Virus record (IMG/VR): IMGVR_UViG_3300010885_046520
Coordinates: 56,042-76,041 of that record
DNA: 20,000 nucleotides
Source: an uncultured virus (IMG/VR IMGVR_UViG_3300010885_046520)
Taxonomy: Duplodnaviria; Heunggongvirae; Uroviricota; Caudoviricetes
Direction: 5' to 3' (one strand)
Shown: one piece after another, positions 8,401 through 18,004 of the stretch
How positions within the stretch are numbered: the first letter of the stretch is position 1
Layout: each line of letters opens with the position of its first letter
Program-made: the position numbers and the translations under genes
The notes under the pieces: model-generated
The model's database searches: none
What the model was told of the DNA's origin: nothing
What the model saw: only the letters and a program-made list of their open reading frames with translations

Positions 8401-11400
8401 GGAATACCAACAAAACTAAAATTCCATTTTTTATCAAGATTATCCCATATTTTACTAGCAAAACAAGAATTCTGTAGCTCTGTGGCAAATTTTGGATCAT
8501 AACCGGTGCAAGGAGAAGGTAATCCAGAAAATCTTATAGTCGGAGGATAATTAGGATTTGCTAAACCACCGCTAGTACTAAAAGTTACAGACCATGCAGA
8601 ACCTTCTGTAGCTCGATAATAGGGATCTGCTACATTTATTATTTGTAATGGTTCAGTGGTCGAGGATAAAGAAGAGATAGTATTACTGTCTAGCTCTATC
8701 AGATTTAATTTTGCAATACCGTATAGTTTATCTATAGAAATACCTTTACATCTCAAAGAGATTGATGATGTTGTAGAATCTCCAAGAGATATATTGAGAT
8801 TACTAACAGATAAATCAACATCCCATTTATCAGTGATAGGAGCACCAGAGTATGCGTATTCCCATAGTTTTAAGTTAGGATCATATCTATTGTACGTTCT
8901 AGAGAGATTAATAGTGTTTTCTTTTAAATCCCCTGGTATACTTACCGCAGGAAGGGTTGTCTCACTAGTAGGTTCTTTAATGTCTATCAAAGATAGATAA
9001 GGATTATTAGGAGTACTATAAGTAATATTTTGAATATTATCTAGATAAGGAGCTCTAGTAAATAAAAGTCTTACAGTTTCATAATTAACAGAATAATCGT
9101 CTTCTGCATAAATCTTAACAAGATATTCCCCTGTGGTTTTGCGATATTTACCAAAAGAATCTTTTTTAGCAAATGCTACAAAATTCCACTTTTTCTCTAC
9201 ATCATCATAGGATGAAATAAATAAATATTCCAGGGGTTGATCGCTATAAGATCCTATTGTGGGTAGATTAGATAACTTAACTCTTGGAGGTTTGTCTGGA
9301 CGAAAGGCTCCAATACCATTATCTACTTTAAATTGAATACCCCATGGTTCTTCAATATCGAAAGTTAGTGGTTCAATAAGTTGGGTTTTATTAATTTGTA
9401 AGTTTCGATATAGAGTCAAGTTAATAGTTTTGGTATAGTTATATCTAGTCCAAGTTATTTCACCACCACTTCCATATGTTGGTTGTGAAATAGCTATACT
9501 TAAGTTTTGAGAACCATAATATCCAGCAGTTCCATTGACTACGGCTTTAACTCTGTATCTTTTAGAACTAGTACTATATTCGATAACTGGAGTAATCGTA
9601 TAGTTACTATTTGCCCCAAATGTTACAACTAGATTGGTGTCTCCAGTATTCGTATCAGAAGGAACATAAAAAACAAAAGTCTGTGTATTACCAGAACTTA
9701 TATTTAAGTAGATATCATCATCTAAATTTTGTGGTTCTATAGTGTAGGCTGGTCTTGATGCACTAAGGGGTAGAACACTTATGGTTCCACTTTGAGTAGA
9801 TAGAATTTCAGCACTTACCAAATCTCTAATAGTAATTGTAGGATGGAAAATACCAGTAATAGAACCAGCAGAACCGGCCAATATTTTAACATTTTCACTA
9901 TTATCTAGTGTCTCATTATATATGTTGTAAGACCCACCAGGATATCCGCTAGCTGTAATAGTAATAGGATTACTGGGAAGGTTTTTGATATCATATGGAA
10001 TAACCCAGTCAGAACTATTTTGATAGGTATATACAGTGACGGGCACTCTTACATTTGGTATTACCTTAGAAGTTAAAAATATTCGTGTTGATACTGATCC
10101 AGTTTCATCTGTAGCAGTCAGCGTGATCTCTTTGTGATTCACTATCTGGTTAAGATTTTCTATAATAACTACTATTGACCATTTTTTAGTGGTGGTATTA
10201 TATGTCATATTAGCAGAGTCGATGGTGTACGTTCCTACTCCGTAAATATTGATTCTAGGGGCGGTCAAAGTAAGATCATTACTCCACTTTCCGGCTCCAT
10301 CAGAAATAGTACAACGTAAATAAACTGTGGATATATTTGTGGGCAATATTAATGTATCATCGGTATCAATAGTTGTATAAGTAGAACCATCGTTTAATGA
10401 GTATTCTATCTGAGAAATTTTAACAACATCCGGAGATAAGGATATTAGTTGGGCTTGATTTACACCATTAAAGGTTACATTATATCCACCAAAATTATTG
10501 ATATTTTTATTGAAATGAACAAGATGTTTCCATCTCTTAGATCCATTATTAAATGCGTTAATATAAGAATCTACCAATCCATTAGTTGTAGATACTTGTG
10601 CGGTAGATGTTATGAAGACATTATCTTTGTTAGGGAATCTATTTGACTTGATATTTGAATCACTATCAATAAGATAAACTAGTCCGCTTCTATTAAAGTA
10701 ATTGTCATTATATGGCATATTAAGAGTAATAGTAGTTGGATTAATTTTATCTACTATATAGTATGAACCATTAATTTCTGGACAGTCATCAGAAAAATCG
10801 AAGTATAGTTTTTTATTAATACCTAATGGCTTAATATATCCAGAAACTCCATTATTTTCAATAAAATTTGGTCGAGATCCTAACCCGCTTCTATCTAGCA
10901 TATCCATGATATGATTAAAATTAGCATTACTGAACGGTGTTATCCTTATACATAAGGTTCCAGACATGCAATTTGTACTATTAACTCCGATAGAGTATAT
11001 TCCAGTGACTGGATTAGGAACTACAATTCCAGAAGGATCCATAGGCCAAGAGGCTGTGGTTCCACCGTATGTATGATAATAGATATTATTACTAAAAGGG
11101 ATATTACAATATCCCGATACTGATCCTATAAAAGCAAGAGTTCCTGTTGTTGGAATATCATCTGTTAAGCTAAGACCTAAAGGGTTTGTGAAACCATACT
11201 TTTTAGGAGAAGATAAATTATCCAAGATAACGCTGTCTTTCCCATTTATAGCCATACCAGAGAAAGCTGTATTTCTGGTATTGGATGATGTTATACGAAC
11301 TCTATTACTAACTCCGGAACCAAAACCATAATCACCATTATAATTGAGTATAGTAAGCTGGTCTCCAACATTAAGATAACTTCTAGGCACAGACAGATTG

Positions 11401-14400
11401 TCTATATAGATTGTATCTCCGTTGTAGAAATAATTGTTAGTTCTTTTTAGTCCATAAGAACTATTTATGCAAGCTATGTCTTTTGTAAAGATCTTGGGTC
11501 TAATATTAGTTGTAATAGAGTATGTTTTTGTTGCATTCTCTCCATTATTAGGAATAGCAGTATCCAAAATAAGAGAATTATCTGGAGTTATCCCTGTGGT
11601 GAAAATATTATATAGATCAAAATAGCAATAAATAGGATATTTTTCTGTAGTATATATTATTTGATTACTAGAATTAAGAGAAGGAATTACGTGAGTGATA
11701 AGTCCAGAAGTGGCTTGAATTTCTAAAACATCTCTAGGATATGTAGAAACATTTATAGTTACTGGAATTTTCATAACCAAAGAATATGGTCTAGTATGTT
11801 CGGTGGATATTTCATAGGGGAATGGACTGCCAGAAGCTTCAGCATCAGTAGAAATAATTAAGTTAGTAGGTAATAATGAACTAGTATTAAAGAGTGTGTT
11901 TATACTAGAAGATGTTCCATTTATCAGTTTAATAGTAGCTTGACTAGGACTAATCGATAAAGTTTCGGTGGCCGATCTCGTTGGACCACCAATATATGCT
12001 GGAGAATAAGTATATATTTGGGGATAACCCGCAATACCACTAACTGTATAAAAATAACAATATCCAGAAAGACTAATAGATCCTGCACTACACCCTCTAA
12101 CTATATAGTTTTTGGTATAATTGACTCCAGTACCCGGAGTAGAAGCAGCAGAGAAATTGTATGATAAAGAAGCAGCTTCTATAGTAGATTGATCTAAATC
12201 TATGGACTCTAAAGTATGACTATTGACTATATGACTAGCTAATGTAGTTCCGTTAACTAAATTATTACTAGAATATAAATTTATGCCTGAAAATAATTGA
12301 GTGTTCCATAAAGATGATCCACAGTATCTTAATATATTGGATCCTGGGGTAGCTGTTATATCCAAAGTAAAACCATCATCTATTCTTTCTATTGAAATAG
12401 GAAGTTTATAATCTACAACATAATAAGCTGTATTAGAAATTGTATTATTTCTTCTCAAAAACGATGCTATATCATTTTTATCTATATTGAATATACAATT
12501 AGAATTATGAAATACTGTACCATTAAAACTAAATCCATTAGTTCTATATTCTGCCCTAATAGGTTGTTCAAAATATATAGGAGCATTAATTTCATTTAAT
12601 AAATAGTTTTGGGAGTCTTGGACTATAATTTTATTACCAGTAATACCTACAATATCAAACAAATTATTTTTAGGAAGTCTATTGGTATTATTTAATATTG
12701 CATTACTAAATTGAATGGGTATCTGATTAATAGTATTGGAATTTAAAATTTTAAATCCATGATTTCTATCTATATTAACTAATACTAACCCCGTTGACTC
12801 TGGAACTGTGTCCGGATATAGATGAGTATTATATACCTGAAAACTGGTATTGCTTAAACCACTAATTTTAGGATAATTATCATCTAGGGGCATTGATCCA
12901 CTACTACTAGTAGTAAAGTTAAGAAATGTACTATCTTCATTGTTTTCTAGATATGGAATTTCTGGTAGCGTGAAATTAATTTGGCTATTTCCTACATTAG
13001 TATACAAATAAACAATACCGGTTAAATAATATCCAGGAGTTGTTATATATTCATTGGTTTGGGTAGAAAAACCATATGTGTGATATTGGGATACTGTGGT
13101 TGGACAACGACCAGAAGTTACTGTAGAAGAAAAAATTTGAAGACCAGATGGATAGTAGTTATCATTGTGTGGTTTAGCTCCACTGTAAGTAACCATAGCA
13201 CTTACAATACCACTACCAACAAAGGTATTATTAAGAACAAAACTTCTACCTAAAGTATTGACAGATATCCCTACGGGGATAGTTTGTGTACCAGTAAAGG
13301 GTAAATTTAAAGTAATAGAATTTGAAGTCAAACTCACAACACGAGACTCAGGATTCCATCCAGAGAGAGAAGAGTATAATTTCATACCAGAGAACATGGA
13401 TCCAACAGGAGATGGTGAACAACCACTAATAGTATATCCACTATACTGAGTAAAACCACTTATGCTAATTGGGGCTACAACACCAGAGATTGTAGCATAA
13501 GGCAAACCGGTATGCGAAGTTGAAATATTTAAGCCAGTAACTAATGCATACGGGTCTCCATAAAGAGTTGTCGTGGAATATGTTCTAGAGTAAGAACCAC
13601 ATTCGCTAATAACATTGCTTCCACTAACTAAAACTCCATTAAAACTATTAGATGCGGTAGAAAATTCCAAATAAGGAGAATAGCCTCCTATAGTAGATAG
13701 TATACCAATAGTTGTCCCTATTGGTAAATTTTCTGATACGTTAGTGCTAGACAATAAAATATTAGTTAGAGCAAAAGAATAGTTGGAGGAATTGAGATGA
13801 CTATCGTCCTGAATTGCAGCGCCAGAAACATCTCCAATGGTTATTGTTAATGGTTTTTCTGTTGTTCTTCCAGATCTATCTGTGCTTCTTATTCTAATCT
13901 TATAAGAAGACTTAGTTTCATAATCAAAAGATTGTGCGGTTATTAGTTTGTCTTCTTGTATATCAAAAGAAGCATTATCATTACTTCCTTCTCCACAAAC
14001 CAAAGAATAAGTAAATGGGGAAGATGGTAAATCTATTGGGCTTAGATCTTTATTAAAAACTCTTATTCTGCTTGTTCCATTAGAAGCCTGATACTGGGTA
14101 TATATTCCCTCATATATAGTAAAAGAGCTAGCGGTTCTGTCGTATCTTCCTTTATAGTTTCTTTTTGGTACTAGTGTTAAAGTTCCAGAATTGCTTGTAG
14201 CCGGAGTAGCTATAACAGGGGTTCCGCTAAAACTTGAGGTCAATCCGGAAGTCAAGATTCCTATTGTTGGAACGCCACAATAGGTAGTATCTATAGCTCC
14301 TCCAAGATTTTGAACATATTGATATCCATATGTACCTAAGTTAAATTCAAAAGTTTTTATTGTATCAAATATGTATTTGCTGTACTTATCTATTTTACAA

Positions 14401-17400
14401 AATCCGACATTATATATTGAAGATCCTTGATAAATCCCAGTAAAAACAGGAGCAAAAGTAATAGTGTCATTAGTAACAGCAGTAATTATACCAGTTTGCA
14501 TTAAACTTGAAGGATATTTCTCTTGATCTGGGCCAAAAGAAATAAGCATACCAGAAGCAAATGACCCAATAGGACTAGTAAATGGATTTGTTAAAGTATT
14601 TCCACCAGTATAAATATTTCCAGAAATTTTAATAGCATTTAATTCATCTGTTTTTTGTATGCTAACAGGATCTAAAACAAATAGGCTATTGTTAACCATA
14701 TAGCCATTCCACGAATGCTCTGATACTGTAAAGCTATGTTGATCTATAATATCGATAGTTTTATATTGTTTAGATAATGGTCTGTGAGAATAACCAGATG
14801 CCATATTCAAATTAACTAAACAACCAGAGACTAATCCATGATTGTAAGATTTTACAACTATTTCTTTATCGCCAGAATTCTGATAGAACCAACCGTCTGA
14901 GTAGGGTTTATTTAATGTGAGTATAACTTTTCCATCATTAGTTTTTTCATATGCTCCTCCCAAAGTTAAATATTCAGGAGTATATTTGTATAATACTTCT
15001 GTATTTTGTGGAGCAAGGGTGTTTGTTGGTAGCGGTGTTCGGGATACGTCGAGATTCTGTATAGTATTTGTCCCGTCACTATCTAGTTTGTAATGATAGT
15101 AGTGTCTTCTGTATTGAGAGTCATTATATATTTCTTGTTTATTGGGAGATCTAAGAACTCTAGTAGTGTTTCTTATTTCATTAATATCATTGGGATCTCT
15201 GTATGTCATGTTTTTAACAATACCACTATTAAAAACAAACAAAGCCGCTCCCGTCCCTGCTGCTTTGTTTAGCAATACTTCTATATTATATGCCAGAGTT
15301 TTATTTTTAGGAATAGAGACGCTGGGTGTCATTGCTGTCCAATTACCATTGGTTTCAGAGCCTGCTAATCCAAGGGCTATGGTTGAGTATTGTCCTTGAG
15401 CTATAATATTATTAGAACTTATTTCAGCAAAAGCTCCGAAGCTCAATTGATTACTTGCCCATGTATAACCATAATTTCCAGCAGCTATAGATTTATCTTT
15501 AAGGGTTTTTGATCCATAATTTAAAGCAATACTATTGTCTCCAGAGATGATATTATTGGATCCAACAGCCAAACTAGAATCTTGATAGACCTTATTGTTT
15601 GATCCGGCAGCAATGGAGTTATTAGACAAGAATGATCCGCTATTTGAATTACCAACATACAGATTAGCATCATTATCTATTATAATTGCTGTGGTATCCG
15701 CTTTTTGTCTAATAATTGAATTACTAATAGTACGACTAGGATTTGATGTTCGATTATCAAATCTTGGTATATAGTCTGCTGTCCCATCTAAATTATCAAA
15801 CTGAACTTTATTATAGCTGAAAAGCCCAGTCATATTGGAGGCATCTGTGTAATAGATGCCGTGATTACCGTCTAATAAATCTGAATTAAAATTATATACA
15901 AGACCAGTATTACTTCCAACATAAAGAGGAGGCGCTGTTTGTCCGAATGATGGTAATATGGCAATATATTCATTAACTGTTATTCTTTTTGCAAAAGTCT
16001 TAACTCCACTGATTATCTGATCGTTTATTCTACTCACATAAGAACTATCCCCGACGCTACGCAAAAGAACAACACTGGTATCTCCTGTGATGTTACCCAT
16101 TAGAAAAACAGAATTTGCAGTACCACCATCTATGTCATCTCTAAATGCATCAGATGAACTACCTCCATTAATATTACCGGTATCGCTAGTAATATTAGTA
16201 ATTAATCTTAGTTCTTGATTAGAAGGGTAGTATGCTAGAATACCTGTTCTAAGTGTAGCTCCACCATAAAGAAAACTAAAACCTCTTGGTTCACTAGGTA
16301 AAATAATTGAAGAATTTGTACCAATTACTGGTAAATTATCTTTAATTAGAACCTCATCTGAATTTAAATTAACGTTACCATTCACAATTAGAGAACCATT
16401 AATAATATCTCCAGTAGTACTTACCGGACGATAACCCAAAGCGTTCACTATATCAAAATAACTATTATCCAATCCGTTGACAACAATACCTTTGTTATTT
16501 ACGGTAACTTTAGTAAAAGTGCCTGGAGTAGTTTGTATTGGTAATGAATTTGGATTGAGTGTTCCTGTCTGATTCCCCAAATCAAAAAAAGCAGAAGAAT
16601 GTAATCCATCTAATAGGTCAGCATCCAATCCAGAACCAGAGCCATCATTGCCGGGATGCCAAGGTGTGTATCCCAAGATGCTTAGTAAATCAGAAGAGCT
16701 CAGACTGCTACCTGAAACGACTCTTCCTTTAGCGTCTGTTGTAATCTTACTATAGGTTCCTGGTGTTCCAGTAGTAGACAAAGAAATCGAAGTATTTTCT
16801 ACTAAAATATCGTTGGATCTTCCAATATTTAGAACAATGGATCCAGAAGGTATATTTACTGAACCTCCTCCGATTAATCCTGATCCAGCAATAATGTCTA
16901 TTTTTGTTCCGCTTAGTACTATGCTTCCTGTGTTCAAGGGAAAAGTAGATATCTTTGATCCATCGTAATATAGTAATTTATTACTAGTGAAGACTTGATT
17001 ATTTGTTCCACCCTTAGCAATAGGAACAATACCACTTATACTACCTAAACTGAGTTCCACTTTACGAACTATAGTGTCATCGACAACAATCTGATTAGTT
17101 CCATTGATGGCTAATCCATCTCCAATATTTGCTCCTAAAGTAATCGTATTTCCTGTTGTAGTTTTATATAGTCCCGACCCATTAATAACACCAGTGATAG
17201 CAGCACTGCTATTTATAGTATTAAGCAAAGCGTCTACTGAGTACATGGAGCTAGATATTTTTGATCCATCAAAATAAATAATATTTCCACTACTAAAAGT
17301 AGTATTATTTGTGCCACCGCTATTAATTGGTAGTATATCAAAAACTACGCCATCTTTTCCTGGCGGACCTTGGGGGCCGGGAGAACCGGTATCTCCTTGA

Positions 17401-17552
17401 GCTCCTTTCTCAATAGAAATTAAATTTACTCTACTAAGTCTAGTGTCAGAGATTATTACATTAGTAGTAATAACACTCTCTGGATCAGTTGCCTGTGTAA
17501 TAACCAAATATTTTAATGGTTGTATCTCTTCTTCTATTCTAACTATACTCAT
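5487..17552 (-). CDS. Giant (4021 aa) mosaic virion fibre/adhesin protein
   Basis: Uninterrupted 12-kb ORF with no signal peptide. Approximate motif positions: collagen stub 17350-17405; PIxxGGTNN twice; PGT(Y/F)xK(I/V)T...KG twice at 16711-16765 and 16474-16527; WHPGNDGSGSGLDADLLDG 16606-16665; YadA-head-like SIAAGSNN repeats 15478-15623; cadherin-like 13692-14015; Ig-like modules 8340-10340; He_PIG-like GSLPSGLS 7900-8111. Confidence 0.85.
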   Translation of the reverse strand: MSIVRIEEEIQPLKYLVITQATDPESVITTNVIISDTRLSRVNLISIEKGAQGDTGSPGPQGPPGKDGVVFDILPINSGGTNNTTFSSGNIIYFDGSKISSSMYSVDALLNTINSSAAITGVINGSGLYKTTTGNTITLGANIGDGLAINGTNQIVVDDTIVRKVELSLGSISGIVPIAKGGTNNQVFTSNKLLYYDGSKISTFPLNTGSIVLSGTKIDIIAGSGLIGGGSVNIPSGSIVLNIGRSNDILVENTSISLSTTGTPGTYSKITTDAKGRVVSGSSLSSSDLLSILGYTPWHPGNDGSGSGLDADLLDGLHSSAFFDLGNQTGTLNPNSLPIQTTPGTFTKVTVNNKGIVVNGLDNSYFDIVNALGYRPVSTTGDIINGSLIVNGNVNLNSDEVLIKDNLPVIGTNSSIILPSEPRGFSFLYGGATLRTGILAYYPSNQELRLITNITSDTGNINGGSSSDAFRDDIDGGTANSVFLMGNITGDTSVVLLRSVGDSSYVSRINDQIISGVKTFAKRITVNEYIAILPSFGQTAPPLYVGSNTGLVYNFNSDLLDGNHGIYYTDASNMTGLFSYNKVQFDNLDGTADYIPRFDNRTSNPSRTISNSIIRQKADTTAIIIDNDANLYVGNSNSGSFLSNNSIAAGSNNKVYQDSSLAVGSNNIISGDNSIALNYGSKTLKDKSIAAGNYGYTWASNQLSFGAFAEISSNNIIAQGQYSTIALGLAGSETNGNWTAMTPSVSIPKNKTLAYNIEVLLNKAAGTGAALFVFNSGIVKNMTYRDPNDINEIRNTTRVLRSPNKQEIYNDSQYRRHYYHYKLDSDGTNTIQNLDVSRTPLPTNTLAPQNTEVLYKYTPEYLTLGGAYEKTNDGKVILTLNKPYSDGWFYQNSGDKEIVVKSYNHGLVSGCLVNLNMASGYSHRPLSKQYKTIDIIDQHSFTVSEHSWNGYMVNNSLFVLDPVSIQKTDELNAIKISGNIYTGGNTLTNPFTSPIGSFASGMLISFGPDQEKYPSSLMQTGIITAVTNDTITFAPVFTGIYQGSSIYNVGFCKIDKYSKYIFDTIKTFEFNLGTYGYQYVQNLGGAIDTTYCGVPTIGILTSGLTSSFSGTPVIATPATSNSGTLTLVPKRNYKGRYDRTASSFTIYEGIYTQYQASNGTSRIRVFNKDLSPIDLPSSPFTYSLVCGEGSNDNASFDIQEDKLITAQSFDYETKSSYKIRIRSTDRSGRTTEKPLTITIGDVSGAAIQDDSHLNSSNYSFALTNILLSSTNVSENLPIGTTIGILSTIGGYSPYLEFSTASNSFNGVLVSGSNVISECGSYSRTYSTTTLYGDPYALVTGLNISTSHTGLPYATISGVVAPISISGFTQYSGYTISGCSPSPVGSMFSGMKLYSSLSGWNPESRVVSLTSNSITLNLPFTGTQTIPVGISVNTLGRSFVLNNTFVGSGIVSAMVTYSGAKPHNDNYYPSGLQIFSSTVTSGRCPTTVSQYHTYGFSTQTNEYITTPGYYLTGIVYLYTNVGNSQINFTLPEIPYLENNEDSTFLNFTTSSSGSMPLDDNYPKISGLSNTSFQVYNTHLYPDTVPESTGLVLVNIDRNHGFKILNSNTINQIPIQFSNAILNNTNRLPKNNLFDIVGITGNKIIVQDSQNYLLNEINAPIYFEQPIRAEYRTNGFSFNGTVFHNSNCIFNIDKNDIASFLRRNNTISNTAYYVVDYKLPISIERIDDGFTLDITATPGSNILRYCGSSLWNTQLFSGINLYSSNNLVNGTTLASHIVNSHTLESIDLDQSTIEAASLSYNFSAASTPGTGVNYTKNYIVRGCSAGSISLSGYCYFYTVSGIAGYPQIYTYSPAYIGGPTRSATETLSISPSQATIKLINGTSSSINTLFNTSSLLPTNLIISTDAEASGSPFPYEISTEHTRPYSLVMKIPVTINVSTYPRDVLEIQATSGLITHVIPSLNSSNQIIYTTEKYPIYCYFDLYNIFTTGITPDNSLILDTAIPNNGENATKTYSITTNIRPKIFTKDIACINSSYGLKRTNNYFYNGDTIYIDNLSVPRSYLNVGDQLTILNYNGDYGFGSGVSNRVRITSSNTRNTAFSGMAINGKDSVILDNLSSPKKYGFTNPLGLSLTDDIPTTGTLAFIGSVSGYCNIPFSNNIYYHTYGGTTASWPMDPSGIVVPNPVTGIYSIGVNSTNCMSGTLCIRITPFSNANFNHIMDMLDRSGLGSRPNFIENNGVSGYIKPLGINKKLYFDFSDDCPEINGSYYIVDKINPTTITLNMPYNDNYFNRSGLVYLIDSDSNIKSNRFPNKDNVFITSTAQVSTTNGLVDSYINAFNNGSKRWKHLVHFNKNINNFGGYNVTFNGVNQAQLISLSPDVVKISQIEYSLNDGSTYTTIDTDDTLILPTNISTVYLRCTISDGAGKWSNDLTLTAPRINIYGVGTYTIDSANMTYNTTTKKWSIVVIIENLNQIVNHKEITLTATDETGSVSTRIFLTSKVIPNVRVPVTVYTYQNSSDWVIPYDIKNLPSNPITITASGYPGGSYNIYNETLDNSENVKILAGSAGSITGIFHPTITIRDLVSAEILSTQSGTISVLPLSASRPAYTIEPQNLDDDIYLNISSGNTQTFVFYVPSDTNTGDTNLVVTFGANSNYTITPVIEYSTSSKRYRVKAVVNGTAGYYGSQNLSIAISQPTYGSGGEITWTRYNYTKTINLTLYRNLQINKTQLIEPLTFDIEEPWGIQFKVDNGIGAFRPDKPPRVKLSNLPTIGSYSDQPLEYLFISSYDDVEKKWNFVAFAKKDSFGKYRKTTGEYLVKIYAEDDYSVNYETVRLLFTRAPYLDNIQNITYSTPNNPYLSLIDIKEPTSETTLPAVSIPGDLKENTINLSRTYNRYDPNLKLWEYAYSGAPITDKWDVDLSVSNLNISLGDSTTSSISLRCKGISIDKLYGIAKLNLIELDSNTISSLSSTTEPLQIINVADPYYRATEGSAWSVTFSTSGGLANPNYPPTIRFSGLPSPCTGYDPKFATELQNSCFASKIWDNLDKKWNFSFVGIPLCNISGLKSFSITAIDTDTTQNIYLDSDVAYASILYSTLDSVGAAHPAPEIIEAPLQQAQNPIQLYPKCGDVAIDRYYKFGVKNRSACPIPTGITGWVVSGSLPSGLSYSISFPGGSPSAPWDNLSSGTLRIYGVPQTFASGGLYDEKFKLTVYDARNKSDSKQLTFTDISTANPVSPLNIILYFENEKPTYTPRASSVGGVQQPSGTKSIDGGTINTYWPPSDPVSLTCTSILPHSNCQTSTFSYSGGSNSRVYITNTRININNSDTYFEFDNNPSNSLNKGYKVQSIGGSGYITILGNVLTTGVGRLVKSSQVSYGTSNLQPFNGTVDSNTANGIMGCGSFKPISLGGGTVTSYGLFGRIKPSFVADIPVSGSFNKNDVFFTGLIIKPIDNYISDPSVFTVKTSNCWETGYIRLSGMQIPRPSVELPAPPPSYDIAPFAYNNQPYSILGRCSYGNSAYERDQADNYRVISINYVIKNAVSGITIDAGAISSVSAGTSNGSPIQFNNVLNSGTVFSVFLNNTPDVFPTYKYNAVSYTENEYFWIHKGGNRDDNPVQTSFPPIIMTGIKNSISCLSGVPISGYSVRAIGGYIPYSGGSQKVPFYQLSDNTVWRSYNYAPLFTGILQKKLNDKVLIGTYQHSGFLGGVNGQKINISLPAGFNSRDYVLLTFSGDLSFSTGIALSNTYDNTISLPFERQGLSATGLVIVSDKCFIQSIDNGTVTINHNNLSYSSGDYIDILDSGRISTENNNILPYNYKLSIISGDSTTIIGSFSGPSNYPFMSGLSVSGFYDLRQNYYDQIKINDITYAKEGEWRFGLSGTPVGLYKDYIYKMVSFENTGLPAFSGTSLTPKKYVVEYPLFINKPIQIILPNTSISRNNGSWSLSFEIEGGLRPVYNYTPEILINDNICNFTRKLNVQNMNDNYNSVTDRLSITLSGINSIGYNWTNSNSFSLKVYDDTGFDTKTVTLTSP

Positions 17553-17989
17553 TGGTTACAGGTTCCGCAATCATTCTGTGTGTTAGTGTTACAATTAAAT
17601 ACATCGTTATCTGGAACATTTCTAGCCATTAACGAGACACTACCCTGTAAAATACGAAATATCTTTTTCCCTCCGCCGGTATATAAATCATTAGGTTCCT
17701 GTAATTCAAAATCATATTTAGCTGAACCGAAGGAGTAATTAGCAGTTGCTGAAGCTGGTATTTTAAGTATAACTTTACCTAATAGAGGCTCCATTGTGAA
17801 CTCATAATCTGTAGTGCTTGTATTAGTTATAAAAGTTCTTATTGTGGGATCTGCTTGATCCTCTATCCAGCGAATCCGGGCGCACCAATTAGTGATATTA
17901 ATAGGAATATCAGCATCATCTCTATATTCAAAAGCTATAACAAATGCTGTGCCTTTTTCTATAGTGAAATTGTAGTCTGCTGCTGGCAT
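17549..17989 (-). CDS. Phage beta-sandwich structural protein (BppU-N/baseplate-fibre attachment-like), 146 aa
   Basis: Pattern YNFTIEKGTAF...PINITNWCARIR...GKVILKIPASATA...AKYDFEL...RILQGSV is typical of small phage proteins preceding fibre genes. GGAG RBS. ATGA overlap with the giant gene. Confidence 0.7.
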   Translation of the reverse strand: MPAADYNFTIEKGTAFVIAFEYRDDADIPINITNWCARIRWIEDQADPTIRTFITNTSTTDYEFTMEPLLGKVILKIPASATANYSFGSAKYDFELQEPNDLYTGGGKKIFRILQGSVSLMARNVPDNDVFNCNTNTQNDCGTCNQ

Positions 17990-18004
17990 AATAATCTACT
18001 CCCA

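Noticed and set aside
5487..17552. Giant ORF as a cellular autotransporter/RTX adhesin or tape measure protein
   Set aside because: No signal peptide, C-terminal beta-barrel or GGxGxD repeats. Composition is beta-rich rather than helical. The N-terminus and neighbours are phage fibre-like.
1603..17738. Short antisense or nested ORFs (1603, 1860, 5452, 7339, 8656, 10449, 13059, 13258, 15142, 17520)
   Set aside because: All lie within long, motif-supported genes and have no recognisable protein features. Expected shadow ORFs.
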